The notes below the pieces were generated by a model. That model did no database searches, was not told where the DNA came from, and worked only from the letters and a program-made list of their open reading frames with translations. Of a stretch of DNA of 32,000 nucleotides, positions 1 to 10,762 are shown in pieces. This DNA is from Prochlorococcus marinus subsp. pastoris str. CCMP1986 (GTDB lineage Bacteria; Cyanobacteriota; Cyanobacteriia; PCC-6307; Cyanobiaceae). The position numbers were made by a program, and so were the translations under genes. Numbering within the stretch: position 1 is the first letter of the stretch; the number at the start of each line of letters is the position of its first letter. The DNA lies in assembly GCF_000011465.1 (NCBI RefSeq), contig NC_005072.1:1290001-1322000 (forward strand), given 5' to 3'.

Positions 1-442
1 CCTCTTCATCAACTATCTTCAATAAATTAATTCTATCTTTTGTTAAAAGAGGATCATTAAGAGTATCATTTTTAAGATAAAAATCAATCAAGGGGCTTTC
101 CAAAACTGTTCCTGGCTTGATTGTAGTCTGTTTACACAGAGATCCATATGCGGTATTTCTAAGAACAACTTCAAGGGGGATGATTTTTATTTTTTGAGCA
201 ATCATTGAATTATTATTTTTGAGTCCAATGTAATGCGTTGGTATGTTGTTTTTTATAAGAAACTCAAATATTTTTGAACTTATAAGACAATTCAATTCCC
301 CTTTGCCCTCAAACTTAGCTTTCTTCAATGCATTAAAAGCAGTTGCATCATCTTTGAATTCAATTATTACTTTATCTGAATCCTCATAAGCAAATATTTT
401 TTTTGCTTTACCTTCATAAATAAACTTTAATTTACTATTCAT
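1..442 (-). CDS. purC: SAICAR synthase (phosphoribosylaminoimidazole-succinocarboxamide synthase), N-terminal part; the gene runs off the left edge
   Basis: I translated the reverse strand from the ATG (complement of 440-442): MNSKLKFIYEGKAKKIFAYEDSDKVIIEFKDDATAFNALKKAKFEGKGELNCLISSKIFEFLIKNNIPTHYIG... The frame stays open to position 1. It matches the PurC N-terminal pattern (YEGKAK, FKDD.TA, GKG.LN, THY). It is absent from the ORF track because it is truncated. Confidence 0.9.
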   Translation of the reverse strand, partial: MNSKLKFIYEGKAKKIFAYEDSDKVIIEFKDDATAFNALKKAKFEGKGELNCLISSKIFEFLIKNNIPTHYIGLKNNNSMIAQKIKIIPLEVVLRNTAYGSLCKQTTIKPGTVLESPLIDFYLKNDTLNDPLLTKDRINLLKIVDEE

Positions 443-575
443 TAAAAACCCCTTTGAGAACTAAAAATAGAATATAATTTAATTATTAGCTAGTAATAGA
501 AATGTTTAATAGACTAAAAGATCTATTTTTAATTGAAATACATTTCAAACCCTATTATATATAAAGACCCTCTTC

Positions 576-1913
576 ATGAGTATTAATACAATCAACTCTA
601 AAAGTTCTAATAAATTAGAAAATATTTTAATAATTGGTAATGGCGGTCGAGAAAACGCATTAGCATGGGCTATTCAAAAAAATGACTTAATCAAGAAAAT
701 TTATCTACTCCCAGGTAATGCTGGTTCAAAAAAAATAAATAAATCTGAGAGAATTAATTTAGATTTAAAGAATACTAAAGTATTAACCTCAAAACTAAAA
801 TTTCTAAATATTGACTTAATAGTAATAGGACCAGAGACACCTTTGGCAGAGGGCTTAGGAGAGGTTCTTCGGAGAAATAACTTTGATGTGTTTGGTCCTG
901 GACCAGATGGAGCCAAATTAGAATCAAGTAAATCTTGGGCAAAGGAATTTATGAAAGACGCAAATATTCCCACTGCAAATTTTTGGAAAGTTAAGTCATT
1001 AAAGGAAGCAAAAAAAATTATCTTTACATCTCCAAATCCATTAGTAGTAAAAGCTGACGGGTTAGCTTCAGGGAAAGGAGTTTTCATCCCTGAATCAAAA
1101 GAAGCATCTATAAATGCTACGGAAGAAATATTTAAGGGGAAATTTGGTAATGCTGGCGAAATAATTGTTTTGGAAGAAAAAATTGAGGGTCCAGAAGTTT
1201 CGGTTTTTGCTCTTTGCGATGGAAAGAAATATGTTTTACTTCCTACAGCTCAAGATCATAAACGACTTAATGAGAATGATAAAGGGCCAAATACGGGAGG
1301 AATGGGGGCTTATTCTCCTACTCCAATGATGACAAAAAGTCTTCTTGAAACTATTACTAAGGAAATAATTGAGCCTACAATTAATTCATTGTTGCGGAAG
1401 AATATCGACTACAAAGGGGTTCTATATTTTGGCTTAATGATCACAAAATCAGGACCAAAAGTTATAGAATATAACTGTAGATTTGGCGATCCTGAATGCC
1501 AAACAATAATGCCTTTAATGGACAAAGACTTTGTGATTCTTTTACAAAAATGTGCCAAGGGTAATCTTCTCGGAAACGAAAAAATTAAAATGTCGAATAA
1601 ATTCAGCGGTTGTGTAATTGCAACTTCAAAAGGTTACCCTCATAATTATAAAAAAGGTTTTCCGATAACATACGGCAATATCGACTATGAACATTGTCAA
1701 ATCTTCGATTCTGGAACATCATTAAATTCTAAAGGTGAATTTATTACGGATGGAGGGAGAGTGCTTAGTATTGTTTGTCAAGGCGAAGATTTTAATAAAG
1801 TTTTTGAAAAGGCTTATAAGAATTTAAAAGAAATAAGTTTTGACGGTATTTATTATAGAAAAGATATTGGTCATCAAGTCAGAATAAAAAAAATTGCTGA
1901 GAGGACTAACTAA
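576..1913 (+). CDS. purD: phosphoribosylamine--glycine ligase (GAR synthetase)
   Basis: 445 aa. It has GNGGRENALAW near the N-terminus, an ATP-grasp core (VVKADGLASGKGV, EEKIEGPEVSVFALCDG) and YNCRFGDPE. It is divergent from purC. Confidence 0.96.
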   Translation: MSINTINSKSSNKLENILIIGNGGRENALAWAIQKNDLIKKIYLLPGNAGSKKINKSERINLDLKNTKVLTSKLKFLNIDLIVIGPETPLAEGLGEVLRRNNFDVFGPGPDGAKLESSKSWAKEFMKDANIPTANFWKVKSLKEAKKIIFTSPNPLVVKADGLASGKGVFIPESKEASINATEEIFKGKFGNAGEIIVLEEKIEGPEVSVFALCDGKKYVLLPTAQDHKRLNENDKGPNTGGMGAYSPTPMMTKSLLETITKEIIEPTINSLLRKNIDYKGVLYFGLMITKSGPKVIEYNCRFGDPECQTIMPLMDKDFVILLQKCAKGNLLGNEKIKMSNKFSGCVIATSKGYPHNYKKGFPITYGNIDYEHCQIFDSGTSLNSKGEFITDGGRVLSIVCQGEDFNKVFEKAYKNLKEISFDGIYYRKDIGHQVRIKKIAERTN

Positions 1914-3983
1914 ATGATAGAGAGCAATGAGCCTAATAAAATAAAACTTAATCCTTCAAAAAAATTTATTGATGAAAATAATCCTGACCACTGGTCAAGC
2001 AGAGTTTTAACTTGGTGGAGTGGTTTTAGTTTAAGAACAAAACTATTAGCTATAGCAACTCTTGTTGTAAGTCTTTTAATGACTGGCATAACATTTTTTG
2101 CTCTTAATAGTATTCAAAGAGATGCTGGTATGAATGACACAAGATACGCACGAGATCTAGGACTTCTACTATCAGGTAATGTTACTGAACTAGTTGCAAA
2201 TAATCAAAGGAAAGAGATATCAAATGTTGCAGAAAAGTTTTGGAGATCAAGTAGAAATTTACGTTATATTTTTTTTACTGATGCTGATGATATTGTTCAA
2301 CTTGGAATTCCAATTAGTGCTACCCCTACAAGTTCAGATAATCAATTTCAATTAACTAGAAGATTAAAGTTACCATCAGAATTAAAGAAAAGACCTCAAT
2401 TTCCTTTAGTAAGACAGCATGCCACCCCTCAAGGACAAGTTACAGATGTATTTGTACCAATGTTATGGAAAGGTAAGTATCTTGGAACATTAGCTTTGGG
2501 AGTTACACCTAATAAAAAGGCTTTGTCGAGTGCAGCATTAACTAGAGAAGTGACAATAGCAGTTTTCATTTCTATTTGGGTTTTAGTGATACTTGGAGCA
2601 GTATTTAATGCATTAACCATTACCAGGCCTGTAAGAGAATTAGTAAAGGGTGTTAGAGAAATTTCAAAAGGCAATTTTAAATCTAGGATCTCTTTACCGA
2701 TGACTGGTGATCTAGGAGAATTACTTACAGGTTTTAACCGAATGGCTTCTCAACTAGAGAATTACGATGAGGCAAATATTGAAGAGCTCAAGGCTGCTCA
2801 GATAAAGCAACAGTCACTAATAGCTACAATGGCAGATGGTGCAATACTTTTGGACTCCAAAGGAAAAATAGTACTAACTAATCCCACAGCAAAAAGACTA
2901 TTTCGTTGGGAAGGTAGATTCTTAGAAGGTAAATATCTTTTAAATGAAATTCCTGAAATTTTATCTAATGACTTACATACAAATATAGAATCAATTTTAA
3001 AAAGAGAAAAGGAAAATGATGATTTGAGGTGCAGCTTAGGCGAACCTGCAAGGACGCTAAGAATTGTTTTACAGTCTGTTTTGGATACAAATAAAGTTGA
3101 ATTAAAAGGAATTGCAGTTACAATTCAAGATTTAACAAGAGAGGTTGAACTTAATGCAGCACAAAATAGATTTATAAGTAACGTTTCTCATGAGCTAAGA
3201 ACTCCACTTTTTAATATAAAAAGTTATGTAGAGACTTTATATGATCTAAAAGATCAACTTTCTAATGAGGAGCAACTTGAATTCTTGGGTATCGCTAATT
3301 CAGAGACTGATAGATTAACAAGACTAGTTAATGATGTACTTGATTTATCTAGATTGGAATCAGGTAAAATAATTCAATTAGAGCCTATGGAAATTAAACC
3401 AGCTATTGAACAAACACTTAGAAATTATAGACTTAATGCTACTGAAAAGAATGTTTCTTTAGCACATGATATCGAAGAAAATATCCCATCAATTCTTGGA
3501 AATTTCGACTTACTATTACAAGTTTTTGATAATTTACTAGGTAATGGTTTGAAATTCAGTCCGAAAAATAGCACTCTTAAAATTAGGGCTTATACTTGGC
3601 CTGATTCATGTCCAGCCTTTCCCCCCAACAACAATAAAGATGCTCCTCAATGTGAATTAGTTTCACCTTTACCCAAAGTAAGAATTGAGATCGCTGATAA
3701 TGGTTCAGGTATATCGCAACCTGACCAAGAAAAAATATTTGATCGTTTTTATAGAGTTGAAAATGCTGTTCATACCGAACAAGGAACAGGATTAGGCTTA
3801 TCAATTGTTAGAGGTATAATTGAGAAACATGGTGGGCAAATTCGAATGGCGAGCGAACTAGGAATCGGCACAACATTTTGGTTTGATTTGCCCCTAGAAC
3901 AATCTGACAAAGATGAATTACTCGCTCAAACAATTAATAATGTCGAAAATTTTTCCGACTCTCAAGTAAGTGAATTATTCTAA
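1914..3983 (+). CDS. nblS: membrane sensor histidine kinase with TM-HAMP-PAS-HisKA-HATPase layout, NblS/Hik33-type
   Basis: 689 aa. It has two hydrophobic segments and a HAMP-like RPVRELVKGVREISKGNF. The H-box is SNVSHELRTPL, the N-box is NLLGNGLKFS, and the G-boxes are DNGSGI and GTGLGLSIV. Its ATG directly abuts the purD stop (TAAATG). The NblS name rests on architecture and cyanobacterial context only. Confidence 0.85.
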   Translation: MIESNEPNKIKLNPSKKFIDENNPDHWSSRVLTWWSGFSLRTKLLAIATLVVSLLMTGITFFALNSIQRDAGMNDTRYARDLGLLLSGNVTELVANNQRKEISNVAEKFWRSSRNLRYIFFTDADDIVQLGIPISATPTSSDNQFQLTRRLKLPSELKKRPQFPLVRQHATPQGQVTDVFVPMLWKGKYLGTLALGVTPNKKALSSAALTREVTIAVFISIWVLVILGAVFNALTITRPVRELVKGVREISKGNFKSRISLPMTGDLGELLTGFNRMASQLENYDEANIEELKAAQIKQQSLIATMADGAILLDSKGKIVLTNPTAKRLFRWEGRFLEGKYLLNEIPEILSNDLHTNIESILKREKENDDLRCSLGEPARTLRIVLQSVLDTNKVELKGIAVTIQDLTREVELNAAQNRFISNVSHELRTPLFNIKSYVETLYDLKDQLSNEEQLEFLGIANSETDRLTRLVNDVLDLSRLESGKIIQLEPMEIKPAIEQTLRNYRLNATEKNVSLAHDIEENIPSILGNFDLLLQVFDNLLGNGLKFSPKNSTLKIRAYTWPDSCPAFPPNNNKDAPQCELVSPLPKVRIEIADNGSGISQPDQEKIFDRFYRVENAVHTEQGTGLGLSIVRGIIEKHGGQIRMASELGIGTTFWFDLPLEQSDKDELLAQTINNVENFSDSQVSELF

Positions 3984-5509
3984 TTTTTTTCAATTCCTTT
4001 AAAAACGTTTGGAATACTCTGATCAGAAATAACTCTATGAGGTGCACCGCTAAATATTTGTTCAAAATTAGAAAATGAATCTTTTATTTCAGGCCCTTGG
4101 CCAGTAATTATATATTCTCTTATCCTTTTATCATGCCATGAGCCTCTCATTTTAAAAACATTTATGGCTCTAGCCATCTCCCCTTTAATTTCAACGTATT
4201 GCAATAATAATATCGTATCTGTGATAGTTGAAATATGAGAGTCGGTAATAGAATGACTTCCCATAAATTCTTCTGCAGTATTTGTGAAGAAACCCGCTAT
4301 CTCTTCTTGTTTTGAATAACCAGTAACTCCAATTACAAATTGTCTAAAAGCATTCAAACTTACTCCTCTAGCCAATGCAGAGAGAGAGTCAATTGCCAAT
4401 CTCTTAGGTTTAAATTCATTTATTTGCGATTTTATAATCTGTAAGTGATCTTCTAAACCAGTTGATTCAGGGTATGCACAAATAATTTTTAATAATCCTT
4501 CATTTTCCATCTTTTCAAAATCTATTCCCCAACTAGTAGCATTTCTATTTAGTTGAGCCCTAGATTCTTCATAGGCAAAAAGTATGGCTCTTTCTTTATT
4601 GTTGTAAGCATCTTCAATAAACTTTGATACCAGCATAGTTTTACCCGTACCAGTCGCGCCAGTTGCCAGAATTATTGAATCCTGAAAATAACCCCCTCCA
4701 CACATTTCATCAAGATCTTTAACTCCTGAACTTATTCTTATATTTGAGGATCTTTGCGTTAATCTCATCGCTCCTAAGGCAAAAACAATTATGCCATCAT
4801 CTCCCATTGTGAAAGGAAATTCTCCTTTCATATGTACGGTTCCTCTCAACTTTAAAACTTCTAAAGTTCTTCTTCTTTTCTCTGCCTCAAGAACATTTCT
4901 AAGTAGCACGACATTATCAGATACAAATTCCTCAACGCCATAACGAGCTATTGGGCCATAATCGTCCACCCTTTCTGTCGTCATTACGGTAGTAACTCCT
5001 ATTTCTTTTAATCTCGCAATAAGTCTAAAAATCTCTCTTCTAACAACATAAATAGCATCATATTGCTGAAACACAGCGGTTATTGAGTCTATCGCAACTC
5101 TCTTAGCTTTATATTTTCTTATCGCATAACTAATCCTTTCAATCAAACCTGAAAGATCAAAATTTCCAGCAACATCTTGACCGTCAGGATCAGGAGATGC
5201 ATCCAAAATAAAAAGTTTATTTTGATCAATTAATTTCTGTAAATCCCAACCAAAGCTAGCTGCATTTCTAATAATATCTAAAGGTGATTCTTCAAAGGTA
5301 ATAAAAATTCCTGGCTCATCAAAATTACAAATCCCATGATGTAAATATTGTAAAGAAAAAACAGTTTTACCAGTCCCAGATGTACCACTAACAAGAGTAC
5401 TTCTCGCAGCAGGCAAGCCTCCCCTACAAACATCATCAAAACCCTCAATTCCAGTAGGTATTTTCTGGACTTGCATTTTAATTGATTTACTAATTTTTTT
5501 ATCTTTCAT
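3980..5509 (-). CDS. kaiC: circadian clock protein KaiC (double RecA/DnaB-like ATPase)
   Basis: 509 aa with two Walker A motifs (GTSGTGKT and GATGTGKT) in duplicated halves. The C-terminal half shows typical KaiC sequence (MRGSWHDKRIREYIITGQGPEIKDSF). It lies immediately downstream of kaiB. Confidence 0.97.
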   Translation of the reverse strand: MKDKKISKSIKMQVQKIPTGIEGFDDVCRGGLPAARSTLVSGTSGTGKTVFSLQYLHHGICNFDEPGIFITFEESPLDIIRNAASFGWDLQKLIDQNKLFILDASPDPDGQDVAGNFDLSGLIERISYAIRKYKAKRVAIDSITAVFQQYDAIYVVRREIFRLIARLKEIGVTTVMTTERVDDYGPIARYGVEEFVSDNVVLLRNVLEAEKRRRTLEVLKLRGTVHMKGEFPFTMGDDGIIVFALGAMRLTQRSSNIRISSGVKDLDEMCGGGYFQDSIILATGATGTGKTMLVSKFIEDAYNNKERAILFAYEESRAQLNRNATSWGIDFEKMENEGLLKIICAYPESTGLEDHLQIIKSQINEFKPKRLAIDSLSALARGVSLNAFRQFVIGVTGYSKQEEIAGFFTNTAEEFMGSHSITDSHISTITDTILLLQYVEIKGEMARAINVFKMRGSWHDKRIREYIITGQGPEIKDSFSNFEQIFSGAPHRVISDQSIPNVFKGIEKN

Positions 5510-5571
5510 AGATTTTTGTCAGGAAAATTATTCTATAACTATTGATTTATTTTTAATTATAAAAGTTTTTA

Positions 5572-5895
5572 TTAATTTTTTGTACCTCCACTATATTCAC
5601 TCTCTGATAATTCATCAAAAAGTAAATCTAATCCAATTAAAACCTTTTCTCTATCTGACAAATCACCAATTATTCTTCTAACAGGAGGAGGTAAAATCTT
5701 TGCAAGAGTTGGGGTTGCCAAAATCTTATCTTCTTCAGCAAGTTGAGGTTGTTTAAGAACATCTATTACTTTTAGAGCATAAACTCCTTTAAATTCATTC
5801 TCTAGAATTTCTTTAAGAGTATTCAAAGCTCTCATTGAATTGGGAGTGTTACCTGCTACGTAAAGTTTTAAAATATATGTTTTTCTTGCCACCAT
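5572..5895 (-). CDS. kaiB: circadian clock protein KaiB
   Basis: 107 aa with a thioredoxin-like KaiB signature ([26 protein letters not shown]...[22 protein letters not shown]). It is 62 nt upstream of kaiC on the same strand. Confidence 0.96.
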   Translation of the reverse strand: MVARKTYILKLYVAGNTPNSMRALNTLKEILENEFKGVYALKVIDVLKQPQLAEEDKILATPTLAKILPPPVRRIIGDLSDREKVLIGLDLLFDELSESEYSGGTKN

Positions 5896-6040
5896 TTGTT
5901 AAAACCTCAAGTTAAATGAAAGAATTTAATAATAAACCTTGACTAATTACACTATAAAATAAGAAGATAAACAAACATTCAAGACTGCTAAAAAGGCTTA
6001 ATCAAATTAATAAATTTGAGCCTCTCGGCGTCCTCATTAT

Positions 6041-6481
6041 ATGACTTCTTCCAAAAAACCTTCTAACAGTTCTGCAAAAAATGAAAATTTGTATGCAATA
6101 GCTGAAACATCAGGCCAACAATTCTGGTTTGAAGTTGATAAATATTATGATATTGACAGGCTAAATGCTAAAGAAAAAGATAAAATAACTATTGATAAAA
6201 TTCTCCTAATAAAAGATAAAGATAATATTTCACTTGGCCAGCCTTACGTAAAAAATGCAAAAATTGAACTAGAAGTTGTTTCACATAAAAGAGATAAGAA
6301 AATAATCGTATATAAAATGCGTCCTAAAAAGAAGACACGAAGAAAAATGGGCCACAGACAAGAGCTTACAAGAGTTATGGTAAAATCTATATCAATTACA
6401 AACAGTACTCCTAAAACATCTTCAAAGACTGAAGTTAAAAAAAAGAGTACTAGCCCAAAAGCTTCAAATCCTGAAAACTAA
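6041..6481 (+). CDS. rplU: 50S ribosomal protein L21, with a Lys/Ser/Thr-rich C-terminal extension
   Basis: The core is YAIAETSGQQFWFE...IIVYKMRPKKKTRRKMGHRQELTRV. An alternative TTG start at 6089 would give the canonical (M)YAIAE N-terminus. rpmA follows 9 nt downstream. Confidence 0.93.
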   Translation: MTSSKKPSNSSAKNENLYAIAETSGQQFWFEVDKYYDIDRLNAKEKDKITIDKILLIKDKDNISLGQPYVKNAKIELEVVSHKRDKKIIVYKMRPKKKTRRKMGHRQELTRVMVKSISITNSTPKTSSKTEVKKKSTSPKASNPEN

Positions 6482-6490
6482 TTTTTACCA

Positions 6491-6751
6491 ATGGCACATA
6501 AAAAAGGTACCGGATCAACCAGAAATGGAAGAGATTCAAATTCTAAAAGACTCGGAGTTAAAGCTTATGGAGGAGAAAAAGTATCAGCAGGGTCTATCAT
6601 AATCCGTCAAAGAGGTACTTCTTTTTTACCAGGAATTAACGTAGGTAAAGGAAAAGATGATACACTTTTCGCCCTAAAAGAGGGAACTGTAAGTTTTGAC
6701 AGTATCAAAAGGAATTTAAGAAACAGAAAAAGAGTAAATGTAGTTCTTTAA
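6491..6751 (+). CDS. rpmA: 50S ribosomal protein L27
   Basis: 86 aa with [24 protein letters not shown]...IIIRQRGT, the canonical L27 N-terminus. Confidence 0.97.
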
Positions 6752-7485
6752 TTCTTTTTATAAGATCTTGTCGTAATAAGAATAGGATGAAAAACTTCTA
6801 CAAATTTTAATTGTAGAGTCTTAAAAAATTGTTCAACAATTTGCTCATCATCAACGTGAAAGGGATATTCATTATTTTCTCCTTTGTAAAAGTACCAATT
6901 AAATAATCCAATTGAGTTAGGACCCATAATTTTATGAAAGGTATCGAGATGAAAAGCCGGATCAGATAAATGCTCTAATACATCAAGGCATACGATCGTA
7001 TCAAATCTAGATATTTTTGTTTCCTGAATTGTTTTACAAAAAGTAAGTTTATTATCCACACCAAGTTTTTTAGACCTATATTCAACAAAATCTCTATTTG
7101 TTTTATTTATATCAACGAAAAAAACATGCTCAACCTTTGTAGACATTGCATTAGCTAAAGCATGAGTCCCAATCCCTCCTCCAAAATCTAAGACCAAATT
7201 TCTTGAAAATCTCTGCTGAAGTTTTAACGTGTCAGCAATATAATCCTTACTTGAAATATGCCAGGCGGCCAAATCTGCCAAATGCTTATCTCCAACAATT
7301 TCTTTATAAAAGTCTTCAGCCTCACTTAAACTACCCCCGGGATGAAGATTGGCTAAATCCATCTTTGCGTTTTCGAGGAACCCATCCAAATCACCCTGCT
7401 CGATAGACAAAAATTCCATTAAGTGTGATTTCAAATCAAAAGCATCATCTATAAATTCTTTTATTATGAAATCATCTTTTTTCAA
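6748..7485 (-). CDS. class I SAM-dependent methyltransferase (substrate unknown)
   Basis: 245 aa with SAM motif I ([13 protein letters not shown]) and a post-I/II pattern ([13 protein letters not shown]). Its stop overlaps the rpmA stop within TTAA at 6748-6751. Confidence 0.8.
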
Positions 7486-7562
7486 TTTCTTACTTTAATA
7501 ATTCCTTATTTAAAAATAATAAAATAGTAAGAAATAGTTCTCATAGGAATCTTAATATTAAA

Positions 7563-8480
7563 ATGGAAATTAAAGATGGATTTATAGCAATAAATAAAGA
7601 GAAAGGATTTACCTCTCATGATTGCGTTAAACAAATAAGGAAATTATTAGGTATCAAAAAAGTTGGTCACACAGGTACTTTAGATCCCGATGTAACAGGT
7701 ACTTTACCAATTGCGATAGGCAGTGCTACAAGATTTATTCAATATTTACCTCAAGGCAAAACCTATATTGGCCAAATCCAATTAGGCATAAGAACAAAAA
7801 CTGATGATATGCAAGGCGAAATTCTTAACAAAAAAGATTGGCCTGTTTTGAGCCATAAGCAATTAGATAAATATTTAAATAACTTCAGAGGTATTATCCA
7901 ACAAGTACCTCCTATAGTATCTAGTGTTCACGTTAATGGAGAAAGAGCATACAAAAAAGCTTTTAAAAATGAGGAATTTGAATTAAAACCAAAAGAGGTA
8001 GAAATAGAAGAATTAGTTCTAAACAAATGGGATCAAATAAATGGAATATTAGAAATAAAAGTGTCTTGTTCCTCAGGAACTTATATAAGATCCATCGCTA
8101 GAGATTTGGGCGGGAGCTTAGATTCTGAGGGTTGTCTTTTGAAACTTAAAAGGATTTCGGCTTGTGGATTCCATGAGAAAAATTCTATAAAGATATCTGA
8201 TCTAAGTGATAATAATGACAAAAACGCACCTTTTATTATTCCCACAATTTCTGCTCTTGATCATATTTCAACACTAGTTTTAGCTAATCAAGAAGAAATT
8301 AACTTTTGGCAAACAGGAAGAATAATTAAATTTGATGCTAATAATTTTGTTAAAAGCCGCTCTTTTGATTACAAAAAACCAATAAAAATTATTGACCCTA
8401 ACAAAATCCTATTAGGAATTGGTTTTATTAATGAAGAAAAAACTATATTACATCCCAAATTAGTTCTTAATGCAAAATAA
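7563..8480 (+). CDS. truB: tRNA pseudouridine(55) synthase
   Basis: 305 aa with [15 protein letters not shown] and the catalytic-Asp motif [19 protein letters not shown]. Confidence 0.95.
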   Translation: MEIKDGFIAINKEKGFTSHDCVKQIRKLLGIKKVGHTGTLDPDVTGTLPIAIGSATRFIQYLPQGKTYIGQIQLGIRTKTDDMQGEILNKKDWPVLSHKQLDKYLNNFRGIIQQVPPIVSSVHVNGERAYKKAFKNEEFELKPKEVEIEELVLNKWDQINGILEIKVSCSSGTYIRSIARDLGGSLDSEGCLLKLKRISACGFHEKNSIKISDLSDNNDKNAPFIIPTISALDHISTLVLANQEEINFWQTGRIIKFDANNFVKSRSFDYKKPIKIIDPNKILLGIGFINEEKTILHPKLVLNAK

Positions 8481-8484
8481 CTTT

Positions 8485-9678
8485 TTATAAGTAATTTTTG
8501 CTAAACGGTTTAATTCCAACACCCTTATAAAAATGTTTTAATATTCTATCTGCTTTTTGACCTTTGGAAGCCATATATCTTGCACCCCACTGACTCATCC
8601 CTACACCATGGCCAGAGCCTCGACCAAAAACTATTAAAGTTTTTTCAATAGGATTATTAGAATTATCATTATCGGAAATATATTTTTTATCTTCAATGAA
8701 TTTAAACCTCATAAAAGTACTTTTCAGATTCATTCTTTTTCTAATATCAACTCCTGATATTTGATCAGAGCCATATTTGCCAAAAATTTGCACATTTTTT
8801 ACTCTCCCAGTATTAGTTATATTCAAAATCTCAATTTTTTTAATTCCTCCAATTTCAGGGAATAATTTTTGTAATTCTCCGCTTGAGAATTTTTTTTTCC
8901 ATTGTAGTTTTGGATTATTTCTATCAAAATCTCTAACGCTTGATAAATAAGGATATTCATTCTTCCAAACATCTTGACTATTTTCTGTCATACCTCCTGA
9001 ACTACTGTGAAACAAGGCATTAATTAATTTATTTTTATATGTCAAAACTAATGATCTTGTACTTCTTACTGCCCTTATAGTTTTATAGGTTCTTGATTCT
9101 AAGCCATTATAAACTTGATTTTTCTGAGTAGAATCAATATCATAAATTTGATTTCCTTTTTGTTTTAAAGCATAAGTCCTTGAAGCAATAGCCTGTGCTT
9201 TTAATGCCTCTAAAGGCCATTTAGCTGGCATCTCTGAGCCAACAACACTACTCAGATACTTTTCGATTCCAAGGATATTAATCACTAATATCTCAGACTC
9301 AAGAACTAATAGATTTAAAATTCCTGAATATCTTTTCTGGCCAACCCAAATACCTCTACCATCAGAAGATTTAACTACTAATTTTACTTTATTTTTTAAA
9401 TCATAGATTTTTTGTTTGTTCTTATCAAAAAATAATGATGTTGTATTATTTTCTTTTTTTACAGTTAAACCTTTAATTTTTTTATTTGAGAATTTTTGCC
9501 CTTTAATAATTAATGGAATTGATTTATCAGATCTTATCCTTAAATTTCTGTTTTTTGATATTAGAACTCTAATTAATGGTTCTCTGGAGGCGGATACAGA
9601 GTGATTCTGAAAAAGACAAAAAACTATAATCCCAATTAAACATAATTTATTAGAGATTTTTATAGTTTTTAAAATCAC
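8485..9678 (-). CDS. spoIID: SpoIID/LytB-domain protein, secreted
   Basis: 397 aa. It has an N-terminal hydrophobic signal-like segment, ALKAQAIASRTYAL, FHSSSGGMTE and GHGVGMSQWGA, all typical of the SpoIID family. Confidence 0.85.
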   Translation of the reverse strand: MILKTIKISNKLCLIGIIVFCLFQNHSVSASREPLIRVLISKNRNLRIRSDKSIPLIIKGQKFSNKKIKGLTVKKENNTTSLFFDKNKQKIYDLKNKVKLVVKSSDGRGIWVGQKRYSGILNLLVLESEILVINILGIEKYLSSVVGSEMPAKWPLEALKAQAIASRTYALKQKGNQIYDIDSTQKNQVYNGLESRTYKTIRAVRSTRSLVLTYKNKLINALFHSSSGGMTENSQDVWKNEYPYLSSVRDFDRNNPKLQWKKKFSSGELQKLFPEIGGIKKIEILNITNTGRVKNVQIFGKYGSDQISGVDIRKRMNLKSTFMRFKFIEDKKYISDNDNSNNPIEKTLIVFGRGSGHGVGMSQWGARYMASKGQKADRILKHFYKGVGIKPFSKNYL

Positions 9679-9764
9679 TATGTCTGAAAAACAAATTTTG
9701 TATTTGCCTTAGTTTGACTAAAAGTCTAGATTAAATCTAGATATTAAAATAAAAATATTTATAA

Positions 9765-10703
9765 GTGAACATTACTTTCTTAGGAACAAGCTCTGGGGTG
9801 CCAACCTTAACAAGAAATGTCTCATCATTAGCACTTAAATTATCTCAAACAGCTGAAGTATGGCTTTTTGACTGCGGAGAAGGAACTCAACATCAGCTAA
9901 TGAAGAGTAATATAAAATCTTCACAAATTAAGAAGATATTTATTACTCATATGCATGGTGATCATATATATGGTTTGCCAGGGCTTTTAGCTACATTAGG
10001 CTTATCAGGTAATAGTAATGGTATTGAAATTTATGGTCCTTCAGAGTTAAAAAGTTTTGTAACTTCCGCACTTGAAAGCAGCTTTTGCAAGTTGTCATTT
10101 CCTTTACGTTTTCGAGCAGTTGAAGATTTCGCCTCATTAAATAAAATTTTATTTGAAAACGATAAGTTAAAAGTACATTGTGCCTGCCTTAAACACAGGC
10201 TACCTGCTTATGGTTATCGTGTGAGCGAGAAAGATAAGCCAGGAGTATTCGATATCAAAAAAGCAGAAGATTCAAATATTCCTCCCGGGCCTATATATTC
10301 AGAATTACAAGCAGGTAAAACAGTTCAATTGAAAGATGGGAGATCTTTTAATGGGCAAGATTTTTGTGGTCCTCCTAGAAAAGGTGAAAGTTTTGTTTAC
10401 TGTACTGATACAGTTTTTAGCAAATCGGCAGTTAACTTATCTAAAAATGCTGATTTACTAGTTCATGAATCTACATTTTCAAAAGAAGATGAAAAAATGG
10501 CTTACGAAAAATTACATTCGACAACAATAATGGCAGCAAAAACTGCACTATTGTCTAACGTCAAGAAATTAATTATCACACATTTAAGCCCAAGATATAC
10601 TCAAAGGAGTTCAATCAAGCCAAGCGATTTGCTAAAAGAAGCTCAAAAAATCTTCCCTAATACTTATCTTGCTAAAGATTTTTTAACCGCAGAAATTAAA
10701 TAA
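9765..10703 (+). CDS. rnz: ribonuclease Z (tRNA 3' endonuclease, metallo-beta-lactamase fold)
   Basis: 312 aa with a GTG start. It has [10 protein letters not shown] and the HxHxDH motif ([15 protein letters not shown]), plus a C-terminal ITHLSPRY. Confidence 0.93.
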   Translation: MNITFLGTSSGVPTLTRNVSSLALKLSQTAEVWLFDCGEGTQHQLMKSNIKSSQIKKIFITHMHGDHIYGLPGLLATLGLSGNSNGIEIYGPSELKSFVTSALESSFCKLSFPLRFRAVEDFASLNKILFENDKLKVHCACLKHRLPAYGYRVSEKDKPGVFDIKKAEDSNIPPGPIYSELQAGKTVQLKDGRSFNGQDFCGPPRKGESFVYCTDTVFSKSAVNLSKNADLLVHESTFSKEDEKMAYEKLHSTTIMAAKTALLSNVKKLIITHLSPRYTQRSSIKPSDLLKEAQKIFPNTYLAKDFLTAEIK

Positions 10704-10762
10704 ACTGCAACAGTTCGTGAGCAGTAGGGTTGTAAATGACCAACCCATGAAATAATAGTCTT

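Noticed and set aside
5896-6040. I looked for kaiA upstream of kaiB.
   Set aside because: Only 145 nt of non-coding DNA separate kaiB from rplU, and no KaiA-like ORF exists anywhere in the window.
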